NCBI RefSeq assembly: GCF_006345805.1
Contig: NC_043004.1
Coordinates: 87,482,001 to 87,546,000 of the forward strand
DNA length: 64,000 nt
Reading direction: 5' to 3'
Source: Octopus sinensis
Taxonomy: Eukaryota
In this document: positions 37,582-51,888 of the stretch, piece by piece
How the letters are laid out: each line of letters opens with the position of its first letter
Position numbering within the stretch: position 1 is the first letter of the stretch
Position numbers and translations under genes: made by a program
The notes under the pieces: model-generated
The model's input: only the letters and a program-made list of their open reading frames with translations
What the model was told of the DNA's origin: nothing
Database searches by the model: none

Positions 37582-40500
37582 TAATGCTTGACATGTTGGG
37601 TTCAGTGGGAGCTGTAATTTCGAATGTCTGCTGACAACTATATTTATTAATACCAGCACTACATTGATCAATATAAGACAATCAAATAAACCAGTCCTTT
37701 ACTGATATTTTGCTACATTTGATTATACAATTCATGGTAATATAGCAAAAGAGCTGCTACAAGATATAGAGAATAAACCCTATTTAATATCCTGTGAATA
37801 ACACAAATTGTTTGAAACTATTTATAAATATAACACTTGAACATGACTGTATAACTTACAAGTTGAGTTTTATTTTACATAAACATATGATAAAAGGAAA
37901 AATTTGGCAACATCACATACCAATAAAGTCCTGCTCTTGAAAACTTATCTTTTACAATTTGACATTAACTATAGATGCTTTTACCAGATGTTAATATGAA
38001 GTACTATTAACTTCAGTAAGATGATGCTTCAGTTCCCAAATGATGTGAGATAGTTATCATTTTTCCTAAACTTAACGTCCTATCAACATTATTACCTTCA
38101 TATTTTAGATTACAATGTTTTTATACGAAGTTTTAAGCTTGCAGCAAAAATAAATACAATAAACACCTGCATTCATTAAAAGGAAAAGAAATATATGTGA
38201 TGATTACTTATTGGGCAAGAAAACATAAGTGTTCTGTAATGATTCCTGTTCTGGCACACATACCAAAGAGCTAATGATTAAAAAATATTGATTAGCTACC
38301 ATTATTAGCGAAACTAATCAGTTTTCCTTTCTGTTAGAATGAATTACGAGAACTTGCCATTTATAACCTATTTTATTAGTTAATCCAAAGAAAGAAAAAA
38401 AAGAAAAGAAATCAATACACACATATAATGGAAAATATTCTTCTTTTTCACTTATTTGAAGTGCACGTTTATTTAAAAAAAACAATGAAAAATATAAAAA
38501 TAAATATATTGGTATGGTTATGTATAAGATGAGATAGAAGGTGAAAAAAGAATGTGAATGTGTGCAAGAACTGTGTTAATAAATGAAAGTATTTCATTAA
38601 GTTCCTTGAAATATCTATGAAAGCATTTTTGAAAATTGCGTTTTTTTTTAAACTTTTTACATCTTTTACCTGTCCAACTAATTCCAGTGCTGGAATTGGA
38701 AGAGGAGATTGAAATAACTATGATAAAGGTGATCTTTAATCAAAAGGATTCATAAAACATTCTGATTAAACGAAATATAAATATATAATAAGCTTCCTGA
38801 CAATACGCACTTCCATGTTAAGCATTTATACCCAAATTAATCCGAAAATCAATTTTTAAAACTTATGTGTATGTGTTTTTGTACACCTTTTCATTTTTAT
38901 ATTTTTGCCTTTTGATGTTATTTGGCAGAAGAAGAAATTTAATCCTGAAATCTTTTCCTCATTATCTTGACAATTAAAATAGTGACCTTCAACTAATCCA
39001 ACCAAGTCATTTTTAAGCAACCCAAATTTAACCTTCTTACAATCTGTAATCTTAACAAATAAGCTTTTTAGGTTTTATTTCATTTAACTAATAAAGAAAA
39101 CACAAATTGAATGATATACAACATTGTTGTGTAGATTACACGAAGTGAGTAAAAATGTGAGAACCTAGTGAGAATTGAACCCACAATATGTTTGTGGACA
39201 CCTTGATGTAATTACTACTTCCATGTGTAGCAGTCTTATATGTTTATGATCAATCTAAAAATACTTTTTGAATCCTTATGTAAGCATATTTTTGCATACC
39301 CTTTTTATTATTTTTAACTCAGGCTTTCAGTGAAATATTTAGTAACTGAATCTTGATCTTGGCTCAGCAATAGCAAAAAAGCAGAAGCAAAACAAAATGG
39401 GATATGAAAATATATATGTGAATGGATTAAAAAAAAAAAAATCAGGGTTGATCTGCAGCTAAACAACAATAGCATTAGCAGCTCTTCAGTCTTTTTTCTT
39501 CCAAGAATCCTTCTAAATTCATATCTCTGATGTTTTTTGCATGTTTTTCTATCCATTTTCTCTTTCTCTCTCTCTCTCTCTCAAAAGTTTTTAACTCCAG
39601 CTTACATAGCTGATATCATTTTAATTTTTTAAATTATCATTTATTGTAGATACATTCATTTACATACACATTTACAATTATGCTCTTTGCATAAATACAG
39701 ATTTACAAGTAACTCACATTTCTATTTAACCTCTCAGTATTGAGCCAATGTGTGAGCCCCAAAATGGTCACACAATGTGCTAAAAATCCTCTTTGAATCA
39801 GCTTATGTATACACACCCCATTTACATTGTTTTGTTAATCTTCTGAGGGATGCAGGTGATGTAAATAAGAAGATAATGTAAAGACCTCATAAAATTTGAT
39901 GTTTAATGAATTGAAAACAAGTCTTTACAAATATATTATTCTTGAAAAAAAAAAATGAATTATAAAGGTTTTTGATATCAGGTGGTCAAACCTTACTATA
40001 GACAAGTTGCATATCTAAAGACTTTTGATCCAATCCCAGAGTTCATTGTAAACACTTTCCCATTTTAAATAAAACATGATATAAATGTTTAAAATCTTAA
40101 CACAGCTGTCTGAGCTTAAATTGGCTTTTATATTACAATACAATTTTGGATTATAATTAATCTATAGATTATGCAACTAATGGCTTCTGGGAATGAAATA
40201 CCAATATCATTAAATTTTCTATTAACTATTCTTTTCAGGATATCAGATCAACTGGTTTGTAGAATGTCTGAACACAAATTGTTACAAGCTACTGATAATT
40301 GTGTAGGTAGCCTAGTGTTTTCATATAAACTGATTTGATTTTCAGACTTACGAATACCATATATAGTAGAAATATTAATTTGGTAAAGCTAAACCACCTT
40401 TAAAACATTAGTTTTAAGTAGTTACTATTAAACATTAATTTTAATAATATTAGTGATGTTATCAGAATATCTCTTAGTCAGTTAACCTTTTGTGTAGCAA

Positions 40501-42099
40501 GGTGTGTAAATAACAAACAAAAAACGCTCATGGAAATTTTAAAATTTGAAGAACAGCAATAGAGCAACTGAGAACAAATCAGTCCCTTAGGTACTGAAGA
40601 TATAAATATTTATATCTCCCTGAAAGTTGCATCTTATCAATGCGATATTGAATATATGTCAAGATTTGATCTGATTTAAGATGCTACTTGGAGTTATTTC
40701 CAAAAGTGGCTTCACAACAACATCCTATTTCTCGAGCTATCTGTTTTGATATGTCTGCTATAACATTGTATCAATAAAACATTTTCACTCATTTCTTCTT
40801 TCTTGCGAGGCTGCAAGCCAGAGATAATGATAGCTAAGGTTCTCAAATGAGTAGAATTTGTATGTTTCAAATCAATACTTTTCAGATAATAACATTAAAA
40901 AAAAAAACCCAGTTAAGGCTCTTAAAGCAATTAAAAGAAATGTAATTATGTCTATGTATGACAACAAAAATTAATTGAGGAATTGAAGCATTTAAAATAT
41001 ATAATTTTCTACAAATCCTTTTTAGATTTGTAGTGTTTTCACTTGGATTTTACATTGCTTCTGTAGTCATTCTATTGACAAAGGCTTCTTGAGGCTGATT
41101 ACTTTTTAGTATGTTGATATAAATGACCTTTCTTTTTGCATCAATTGATTTCAATGTCATTTTCTTTAACAAGAATTTTATAGCTCACAAAATTGCTTAC
41201 TGAAAGTCAATCTCTATATTTCATTGATTCAGTTCTTATTCAATCTAGCTTTCAATAACTGTTTCTTTTATTGTTTTATTGCTGTTTTCTCAACTTGTGT
41301 TTTCTGTAAAAATAAAAACAGACATGCCATACCAGCTTTTTTCTTCATCCTTATATCTCGTAACAACCTCATGAAATTCTTTATGCAAATGTAGTTTATT
41401 TTCTGGCAGCTAGATCTAGAGATAATCAAACAGGCTTCAGTATATCCTTAAAAGCAGCTATCAGAATATGGATATTTTACTTCTATATACTTATCAGTGG
41501 TTGGAAATATAGTATTAGATGACATACATCTTGATCTTTCTTTACCTAGAATGATTCTATGTGATTTGAGATATATATCAGCCTCAACCAATCCTGCTAA
41601 TACCTCAGAAGATCAAGCATAAAAATAGAAAGCTTATAATTCATAAGGAGAAATGAGTGATTAGAGGAACATTTTCAAGAATTACTGGACCGATGAATGT
41701 CTCAGAGCTCCCAAATATCTAACTAACAAAATCAGATTTACTCTAAACTATAAACATGGCGATCAGCTTAGCAGGGAAGAAATATATATATATATATATA
41801 TAAAAATAAGAAAAAAAACAGACCTGTAGATTCAGTAACATTAACTAGAACTACTCAATATAAATTGATATTGAAATAGTGGAAACGTTTTATCAATTCT
41901 TTCCAAAAATGAAAGTTGTATTAAAAGAGACAATACCACATAAATCATAATGGCTTGAAATGTTTTAGTTTCCATGATGGTATGGCTTGGGTATTTTTGC
42001 AAATTCTGATATTTGCAGTGAGCTAACCATCTCAAAGTTAATCACCCACAATTAATGATGGCTTTTTTATTTAGTTAAAAAAAAAAAAAGAAATTCAAA

Positions 42100-42470
42100 T
42101 GCACATGGCTCTGTGGTAAAGATGTTCACTTTGCAACCACATGTTTTCAGCTTCAGTCCCATTGGGCAAGTGTCTCCTACTATAGTCCTGGGCCAACCAA
42201 AGCCTTGAGAGTGAATTATGTAGATGGAAATTGTGTGGAAGCCCATCATATATGTATATGTGTGTCTTTGTACCTCTGTACACTCCCACTGATTGACAAC
42301 CAGTGTTGGTTTATTTATGTCTCTGTAACTTAGAGGTTCAACAAAGGAGATGGCTAGAATATGTACCAGACCTAAAATGTAAGTACTGAAGTTGATCAGT
42401 TTAACTAAAATTCTTCAAAGTGGTGCACTAACATGGTTGTAGTCCAATGATGACTGAAACAGCTAAAAGA
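42100..42470 (+). mobile_element. SINE type A, diverged
   Basis: Head, linker and body are colinear with the type A consensus. Confidence 0.8.
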
Positions 42471-43332
42471 AGAGGCAAAAGATTTAAACCTTAGATGGCT
42501 GAACATCTTAGATAATTGTTGATCTTTGTGAAAAAGTACCAAGGCATTTAAATCTCTACCTTAATTTTATCAACTACAGATTCACATATCAGATCAGCTC
42601 TCATATTTTGTACAATTATGAATTTAGAAGTTTCAATGAATGGACAAACCCTTGAAAAAAATAAAACAAAAGAAAAACAAACAAACAAACAAAACATGTA
42701 GAGTAATTAACTGGAGAATAATAAATTTATAGAGTATGTATTCTTTTATTATTAACTGTAAATTCTGCTGATTAATAATAAAAAATATATAAACTCATGT
42801 TTTGAGTTCTACTTTTTCTGATTGTATCACCAAACCTAGAATGATATGTAAATATTTTAAAACCATATGTACGACAAAATAAAAGTTGACTTACATTCAG
42901 CAAAATGTTACTTTCAATATACAAATGAAAATATAAGCAAACCTGTTAAACTATAAAATAAAACACACACATACCTGGCCTGATTAGAAGAAAGAACATG
43001 GAAAGACTTAATATAGGTGACAAGAAAGACACACTGATAATCCGATAAAATAATTTGGTGGGTGTGAGCTAACGACATTATAATTGAAGCAATCCAGAAC
43101 AAGATGTTTTGAACTTGGTAAATATTTATTTTAACCTCAATTCCAACGAGACTAATTGCATTGTTAATAACTCACCTTTCATAATTCTCATCACATTAAC
43201 TGAATGATTTTAAATATCATTTCATAACTTTACACCAATTTGTGTTTAGTTCATTAAGAGAGGAAACACATTTTCTTATATATTGAAGATAAGAACAAAA
43301 TTGCTTCTATCAGGTTTATTTATGTGTGAATA

Positions 43333-43850
43333 TCATCATCATTTAACATCCATGTTCCCTTCTGGTATGTGTTGGATGGTTTTAATAGGATCTGATGGGT
43401 CCAAAGTGCATTGTGTTCCAGTCTCTACTTTGGTATGATTTCTACAGTTGGATGGTCTTTCTAATGCCAATCATGAAACAGTGTGTACTGGGTGCTTTTA
43501 GCACTAGTGAGGTTGCTGTGCAGCTTGTAAGACTACAAGACCCAAGGCAAGAGGGAGGTACTTTATGCTTGCAGATGAAGGTTAAGACATGAGAGAAGGA
43601 GAAGGGACAAAGCAGGTTCTTGTTGTAGAGGAGCTACATGACTACTCACATTAGGGGAGAGTGAGAATGAATTAGTAGTAGCTGCAAAGAGAGATGTAGT
43701 AGTGATGAGGTGAGTAGAAGTGAGTGGGGACAGAGAAACTAGGATTATGAGTGGGTGGGAATTTGCAAGAGTGTAAGGGAGGGAAGAGAGAAGAAATAGG
43801 GGTAGGAGAGGTAGGCAACATCTATAAGGATTGGATAGGGAATGCACACA
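43333..43850 (-). mobile_element. RTE-tail element with a purine-rich upstream extension
   Basis: CATCATCATTTAACATCCATGTTCC tail, then GAGGTTGCTGTGCAGCTTGTAAGACTA, similar to 20194-20220. An opposite-orientation relative lies at ~23800-24560. Confidence 0.6.
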
Positions 43851-44049
43851 CATACACACACATTTGTTGGTATAAATAGGAGGAACAGAACTCAATATAC
43901 AATATATATATATATTAACTTAGCTGTAAAATTACATAATAAGCAACTAATGACCTGAGAGTTTTGTGAATTTCATAATTTTGGGTAGTCTTTCCCTCCC
44001 AATACAGTCTCTTCATTTAGCATCCTTATTATAACATTTCCCTAATGAA

Positions 44050-44570
44050 AATAAGAACAATGCTGTTACACTGTGCTTTTTCCTAACAATGGGATTCACA
44101 CTGACATACTACTTTGAAATCCAGAACACCCCAAGCCTCTGATCCTCTAATTCAAGATCATTTCTAAATCTCTTAGTTTTAGCTTCTTGTGTTATGTACT
44201 TAACTTCTGCTTTTTCTCCTAGCAAGGTGATATTGTTCCTCTGTTCTCACTTTCTTCTTATCTTTCCAGGCCCTTCCCTTAGTTTTTATGACTATCTACA
44301 ATACAATTATTCCACCATGTCACCCTCCATCTAGCTAGAACCTTATTCCATGCATAAACCTTACCTATGACTCGCAGCAAGTTATCTCCTAGAAACTGTC
44401 AGTAGTCCTTTATGTTAAAGGTCTCCATATCCTTTTCCTCCTTCCCAATGCATCAATATTTCTTTGAATCTATGGCATGCTTAAGAATCTTTCAGCTTCC
44501 ATGTCTTCTTTCTCCAGATTATATCTTTGAGGCCATTTATATCCTATGCTAAAATTACTGATCACTAGTC
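44050..44570 (-). mobile_element. Possible very old CR1-like LINE 3' fragment
   Basis: The minus strand gives degenerate FLGDNLL.V..KVYAWNKV, resembling the CR1 C-terminal RLRGDLI..YK...G.D.V. The match is weak. Confidence 0.3.
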
Positions 44571-45149
44571 TGAACGATACATTTTCATTGGAGAAGCTGC
44601 CTGTCTCAGTTCTTGATAATTAAAAAAAAATTCAGCATTACCAAAAAATTGCTAATTTACAGAATTTTCATCCAAATCACATGAGCAGATGATAGGTCAA
44701 CAGAAGATTCTAGTGATTAGATATGCAAATGTTTTTTTGCTGAAAATCTTTGACATAATTTTTGAGCTGACTTAAAATAACAACCTAAACACAAATCAAA
44801 GTGTCTAAGATGTCAGATGAATAAAAACTAAATTCTTCTTAGAATATCAGGACATGTCTTTTTGATTGGTAATAATATAGATTTTACTTTGAGCAATTAT
44901 TAAAATATTTTCTATCCACATATTAAACAACATTCTTTTATGTGATCCTACAAGCAAATAAAGCATTTCTTTAAATCAGTTTCGCTAAAAAGTTATATAA
45001 GCACTCCAGATCACTTGTGAATATTGTGAATATGTCTATACACCTAGAGGAATATACGTAATCTTTAATCAAGTCAAGTCAACCTCTCTGAACTTGCTCA
45101 ACTTACTAGAAAAAGAAGTTAGATATCCTTCAGAGCACATTTTACCATC

Positions 45150-45379
45150 TTAACTCCATTCATACAAGCCCACCTACAACTGCCCCTGGTTCTATGATGC
45201 AAGCTTCCTGTTTTAAAGTGATCCAAGTCAAAACCTTCCATCAAAATTTCGTTTGAATTTATGTTTCAAAGAAAAGGTTAATAACGGCAATGCTTTCTTA
45301 CTATAGTCTTCATTATTTTCAACATCAACTGGAATAAAATCAGTGCATTTCAACAGAAATATGGTAACAAAAGGGTTAA
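45150..45379. mobile_element. TTAA-flanked MITE, second family
   Basis: TTAACTCCATTCATAC ... GGTAACAAAAGGGTTAA. Reverse-complement homologue of 55278-55515 (AAAACCTTCCATCAAAATTTC versus GAAAATTTGATGGAAGGTTTT). Confidence 0.8.
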
Positions 45380-47513
45380 AAGTTTAAATACATTGGATAA
45401 TGTGGTTCTAGATATACTGTATCAACAAAGTCACACTCAGAATGCATTTTAATTATAGGTCTGTTTGATCATAGTTAATCTGGAGTTAAATGACAATATT
45501 TTAAATAAATAACATAGAGAGGTTATATTTTTAAGTGTTAGAATTGTCATAATTCAGAGATTTATTTTTATCAAAATGTAATATTTAGAATATAGAGTTG
45601 TCATTTAAAAGTTATACGTGCCACTTATCTTTAATTTATTATCCTATGAGACAATTCTACAAAATAGTTTTAATGTTTTAATATTTTGATAAAAATGAGA
45701 GGAAAACTAATGTCTCAGTTCTGAGCATTGTGTTTTTGATAGCAAAGGGTGAGAAGAAAAGAGGAAGAGTAAGCTATATTTATAAATATCACACACATTT
45801 GTATTGATAGCAACTGTTAAGTTGCTTTTCAACAACTAAATCCAATGCATCCACGCATATTTCTTCATGCAACACATTTCATAAAAGAAACATCTCTTCC
45901 TTACTACTAGTGAATATTTCAATGTATCTGATTTCTTTGCTGTCTGTGAGATATTTATTTTCCAAGCTTTACACACCAGATACTGCAAATTTTGATTCAT
46001 AAAAGAAAAAAATAGATATTTACAAAGATATTTAGTAACCTATGAAATTTTGAATGTCTTATTTGTAAATCTACATTTTGGTAAAATATGCATTGATATA
46101 GTGAGTTTAAAATATTTTATTTATTATTATGGCAATAAAAATTATGGTATTTATGACATTCCAGTTTTCTCTATACTATTTCTGATGATAATGAGAACTT
46201 GACAGTGAAATTAATTCTCTATTTACATTAGTTTAAATTAGCAAATGAGGGCAAAAAAGAAACATAGACTTGAAGAAAGTATCAAATGATTTGAAGTTCT
46301 TGGAAATAATGATTCTCCAGTGAAGTGCATGTTTGGATTTTACATATGATTATCAGCTGTTCTTAGCTGAAGTGAAAATATAAGTCATTGTAATGTAGCC
46401 TCAGCTAGGTGAAGAATAGAGGATGCCTATAAGAGATTATGAAACACTATTTGGATTGAGAATTTATGAGGAATATTATAGCATGAACAGCATTTTGTTT
46501 CATTAAGATACATTTTGGTGCACTTGCAAGAGATTTGACAAACCACTATTTAAGTGGGATGTGCAGACCTTGTTGCAGTAAGCATTAAATGTATATTTAA
46601 AGAAAGCTATGCATGAAAGGTATGGAAGAGACTGAACAGCTGTGCCATTGGTATCAGAATTTGGTTGTTAAAGTCAGTAGTGGATGAACATCATTAATAT
46701 AGAGATGGAAATGACTGAACATTAAGGTACACTAGAGTTTAAGTTATCCTTAAATTTGTTGAAATGACCCCAGGTGACACGCTACTCATTTTGGTGGGCA
46801 GTTAGGTACTTAGTTGCTGGGAAGTTGCATAAACTAGGAACAAGCAGCAAATACGCTTGCATAGCCTTTTAGCTTAGATGCATCTAAACTAAAATACTAA
46901 AAACTAATGTTAAAATGATGATGATGATGGCATGTGAGGCTTCTAGAAAAATTTTCATACCATTCAGTTAAAGTCTTTGTTGACAGTAAAAGCCTTTAGT
47001 TGAGGGGGTGCATCACTCCCTGACTAAATGTTTGTCATTTTTGATATGCATGTATATCCAGTGGTACAACAGTTAGCTAGAGAAGGGGTGTTTATGAGAG
47101 GATTTCTTGTATGTGTGAACATTGGAGATGGTAGCAAATCAATCAATGAGTGAAGTTTATATCAAAAAAGGTACTTCTTATGTTGTTTCTATTCCAGCTA
47201 AGAAAACAACTGATAATTAAAAGCTAGTAATCTAATCACGAATATCTTTGAAAACTTCTATTCATTTAAAAGTGACATGAAAATAAACGATGATATCATG
47301 CTAAAAAGAACAGAAATACTTTTGGTTACAATAAAATGTATACACTATAGAACAAATGTGAAATGGTATGAGATCACAATATATTTGCAGATGTTTATGA
47401 AGTTTTTTTCTTCTGTGTAATCATGAATTAGAATTTAATGACAACTTTAGAGAAATTCCAGAAAGAAGATTTTGAGAATGTTTTATCAATACACTGTCAA
47501 ATTATGTAGTTAA

Positions 47514-47910
47514 TCATCATCATCATTTTAATGTCCCTTTTCCATGCTTGCATGATGAAATTTATCAAAGCAGAATTTCTACGACCAGATGCCCTCCCTG
47601 TCACCAACCTTCACCTGTATTTAAGCAAAATAATATTCCCCATGACCACATAGGTTCTCACAGAATATTGGAAATGAATGACACTGCTTGTATAACAGTG
47701 ACATTCATTTACAACTATCATGCAACTATCAAGACAAGGAGGCACATACACATGTATATGATGGGCTTCTTTCAGTTTCCCATCAACCAAATCTGCTCAT
47801 AAGGCTTTGGTTGGTCAACCATACAGAAGACACTCGCCCAAAGTGTCAAACAGTAGAAATGAACCTGAAACCATGTGGTTGGGAAGCGAACTTCTCAACC
47901 ACACAGTCAT
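47514..47910 (-). mobile_element. SINE type B
   Basis: (CAT)n tail, type B body and type A/B head in reverse orientation. Confidence 0.82.
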
Positions 47911-50900
47911 ATTTTCATCCAAGTAAAATAAACAAAATTTTAACTTTTGGCTGGATTAGAAGGTTTATTATTACTCTTGAAGTCAATACATTTCTCCTAT
48001 CCTTCTCTTCTTGAATGTATCATCATATAAATGGTAGTAAGTACTTTAATGATAAAATATCCATTGCCAGAGAGAAAACAAATGACTTCAATACTACTGA
48101 TATCAAGGACTGGTAGAATCGGTATTTCATACAACTATCTCAGTAATTTTTGCATTCTTTGGTTGGTGTAATCCATAGCATTTTCAGAGAATTTAGTCAG
48201 TATGTCTTTATTTTAAAAAAATTATTTTTCAAGCAAATTTTTAAAAAGAATATCTTCATTGCAGAAAAATAGTAAAATGATCTATGGAAAAATAAAGAAA
48301 GAAAAAAATTATTTCTTCTGTAAAGTGAATGCAAACCTAATACTGAAATTATTTTATTGATCTAAGCAAGGGCTGAAAAATTTCTTATCAAAATGCCATA
48401 GGAAATCTTCATTTTTCAAAAAATATTGAAGTCAAGTGGTATTTTAAATGAGCTGTTAAAAAGTTTTACTTGTTCATATGTTATGAGGAAAAACAGATAG
48501 CTTCCAAGATATTATCATAATAACTAAAATTTTTGGAATCCATTTTATAAGGTGAACCTCACAGAAAATTGATTTTCTATTTCAGGAATACAATGGTAGC
48601 CACAATTTAAATTACAGATGGAAATAAAAGAAAAGGAAAACTGCTTTCAATTGAATTCCATTTTGGTCAGTCTACAAAATTTCTTTACATGTAGAGAATG
48701 AAAAATTCAGGTCAGATTAAAAGCAGCTGGTTTATATTGAGGTATTTAAATATGTTTCTAGCATATTAAGTAATATAATTATAAATTTTATATTTAAAAA
48801 AAGAAAAACAAACACAAATTCCTTTTGTAAGTATTATTGTATACAATCTCTACTTTTTAACTCTTTATGGGATCAAATATATTCATAGCTCAAACATTCC
48901 TATTCTAAATTCATTTTGCTCCATTATCAACATAGATACACAAATAAGAAAAACACAAAAAAAGTGACCTAATATAGAAAGAAAAATACCCAAACAAAAA
49001 CAACAAAAACGGATCTAAATTTTCTAAGGAATAAAATATGCAACTCTAAATGATAATAATTTTAGTTCATTCACCCCTAGATTTAAAAAAAAATTGTATT
49101 GCCTTAAAACTTGATTTTAAAAAGAAACAAAATTTTTGTTACAATCAAATTATTTATAATTGGAATGCAAAACAAGTGAAATGTTTATAACAAAAATTTA
49201 ATAATGAAAGCTCCTCATAAGATTATCTTGAATACAGTACAAATAAAATTTGTACTAGCTAAAAATAATTTCTTTGACAATCTTATTTTTATAATCTTTG
49301 AGAAATTTAACAATTTGTTAGTCAGAATGGGCAACAATATCATTATATTGACATATTTTTACCAGTCAGGCTTCAAATCTTGCTAGATCATCTTTGCCTT
49401 TCATTGTTTTGGAGTTGATAGAATAAAATATCAGTTAAGTATCAGAGCTGTTGATACTGACTATTCTGCTCCTCTCAAAATGCTGACCTTGTGCCTAAAC
49501 TAGAAACAATTGTAAGTCAGGATTGAAAGAGCAGTCTTATATAAAGACGATTTTGTAAAATATCCTTCTAGCAATATCACAAAGGATGATACGGACAAAG
49601 ATGGAACACTTTGGCTAAAATCTGATTAGGCTGTGTATGTCAGGGAGACACACACACACATGTGTCTGGTTATATTCTGTTGTTTATAAAGAAATTATTT
49701 AATTAGAATGTGATGACCTTTTATTAGGAACTTATGCCACTAATTGTGATTAGGAAGTTGTGTCTCTAGAGGTTAATTCTGTGAAATTTTTTTATCTCTT
49801 GAACACAGAGCTTCTTTTTCTGATTAGATACAGTTTTTCTGCTGCTTTTATTTTTGATAGAGAGAGATTGTTTTATATATATATATATATTAGTTAATGA
49901 AATGTCTAATTCTTCTTAGAAGATTACAAATATTTATGTCCATTAGTGGGAGCCATAAAGCCTAAGATAGATAGAGATGTTGCACAATCTAATTATACAA
50001 ATATAGCTGTGTGCAAACTTTCGAAAACATAGCACATAACTCTTAAAAAAAGTGGAAGGACATAATCAAGATGAAGGAATAAAAATAGAATTAAATAAAA
50101 ATAAACAAAAATATGTAACATTTTTGCTTTAATTAAAACAAAAATGAAAGAAAAAATTATATGATCAGAATTTTAAATTAGAATATGTCATATGCTTTCT
50201 AGTTTTTCCTCTTTTTGACCAGAATGTATTTGGGCCTAGTGATTTTAAAGTCACCTCATGAAAACCCCTTAAAACCAACATAGACATAACTTTATAAAAA
50301 GTCCAAATTTCTGTCTCATTTTCTCTTAAGGATTGGAAAAATATATATAATTTTAAATATACATTTAGTTATTTATAAAAATGAAAACATTATTGAACAA
50401 GTGTGAAACAGTATAGGATCACAATATTTAGTTTAAAAACAAACTGAATTACAAAACACCTGCTAATCATTTATAAAACACAAACAAATAGACATTGCAA
50501 TGTAAAAACTGATCACACACTTGAGATGACAAAGTCAAAACATTCTTCCAGATGTTAAACTATTACCAGAAAAGAAAAATGAAACAAAAAAGGTTAAAAA
50601 AAACAACCTTTGGCCACTGCTTAAGCAGAATTACATATAAAGCCACTTTGATCATCAGTTGTCATTGACAAATAATCTCTTCTTCTATTGCTTTGTGGCA
50701 AATTTCTCATGTTATTCATGATATTCCAGGACCTGAACATGAATCATAGAACATTTTGATAATTAACCAGAAGTATCTAAAAAAAATATTTTAGCAGTCC
50801 CCCCAAAAAACAAAACAAAACAGAACAAATCTAGTGTTTTTATAAAGTTTTGTGTATATTGGTTGGGTTTATAGTTTCGATGAGAGAATGTTAAAAGTTA

Positions 50901-51052
50901 GGAGACCAAGTAGATTTTGGTTAAAAAATCAAAAAAGTCAAAATTAAAATTATGGTCATGTAATGTTTTTTTAAATTAATGTAGGCTTTTATAGCTCTCA
51001 TTAATGTAAGTAAACATTTGCAAGAATTGAACATTCCACTTATGTGAAGATA

Positions 51053-51888
51053 ATCATCATTGTTTAATGCCCACTTGTCCATGCTTGTATAGGTCAAATG
51101 GAATTTGTTGAGGCAACTTTTCTATGGCTGGATTCACTTCCTGTTGCCAAGCCAGATAACATTTCCCCATGGCCAGACATATTTTCCATGAAAGAATGGG
51201 AACGGACAATCTCATTTGCATGACAATGATGCTTATTCACAACTATCACATGATGTCCAGACAAGGGTGCCTAAACACACACATACCTATATAGACAGAC
51301 AACAGACACATACACACACATTTATAGACAGACAGACAGACACATATTTATAGACAGACAGACACATTTATAAATTTATAGACAGACACACACACATAGA
51401 CAGAGACATATATACACACATTTATAGACTGACACACACATACACATATCTATAAACAGACATACACACACATTTATAGACAGACACACACACACACACA
51501 CATACATACACATTTATAGACAGACACACATACATACATTTATAGACAGACACACACATACATACACATTTATAGACAGACACACATACATACATTTATA
51601 GACAGACACATACACATTTATAGACAGACACACACACATACATATTTATAGACAAACATACACATTTATAGATAGACAGATACACACATTTATAGACATA
51701 CACATACATATCTATAGACAGACACACACACACATATCTAGAGACAGATACACATACACTACAAGCTTCTTCCAGTTTCTCTCTACCAAATCTACTCACA
51801 AGTGGAAAACACTTGCGCAAGATGTCACGCAAGGAGATTGAACCAGAGACCACATGGTTCAGAAGCAAACTGTTCATCTACAGGCATA
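51053..51888 (-). mobile_element. SINE type B whose internal linker has expanded into a minisatellite
   Basis: Tail and body at 51053-51270, head at ~51765-51888, separated by the array below. Confidence 0.85.
51285..51758. repeat. Minisatellite, about 17 units of ~22-40 bp, consensus ATTTATAGACAGACACACACATACAC
   Basis: A recurring (T/C)TATAGACAGAC anchor separated by variable CA/TA runs. Confidence 0.92.

Noticed and set aside
40598-40617. 20-bp palindrome AGATATAAATATTTATATCT preceded by CTGAAGA
   Set aside because: Very AT-rich, so plausible by chance; the hammerhead GAAA is not adjacent to the stem.
43150-43185. Strong minus-strand donor AAAG|GTGAGT in the right phase for exon 1
   Set aside because: The upstream frame reads HSVNVMRIMK, with no resemblance to EHLLALK.
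49710-49823. C/D snoRNA-like GTGATGA...CTGA
   Set aside because: Antisense to the host gene, no terminal stem and no recognisable rRNA guide.
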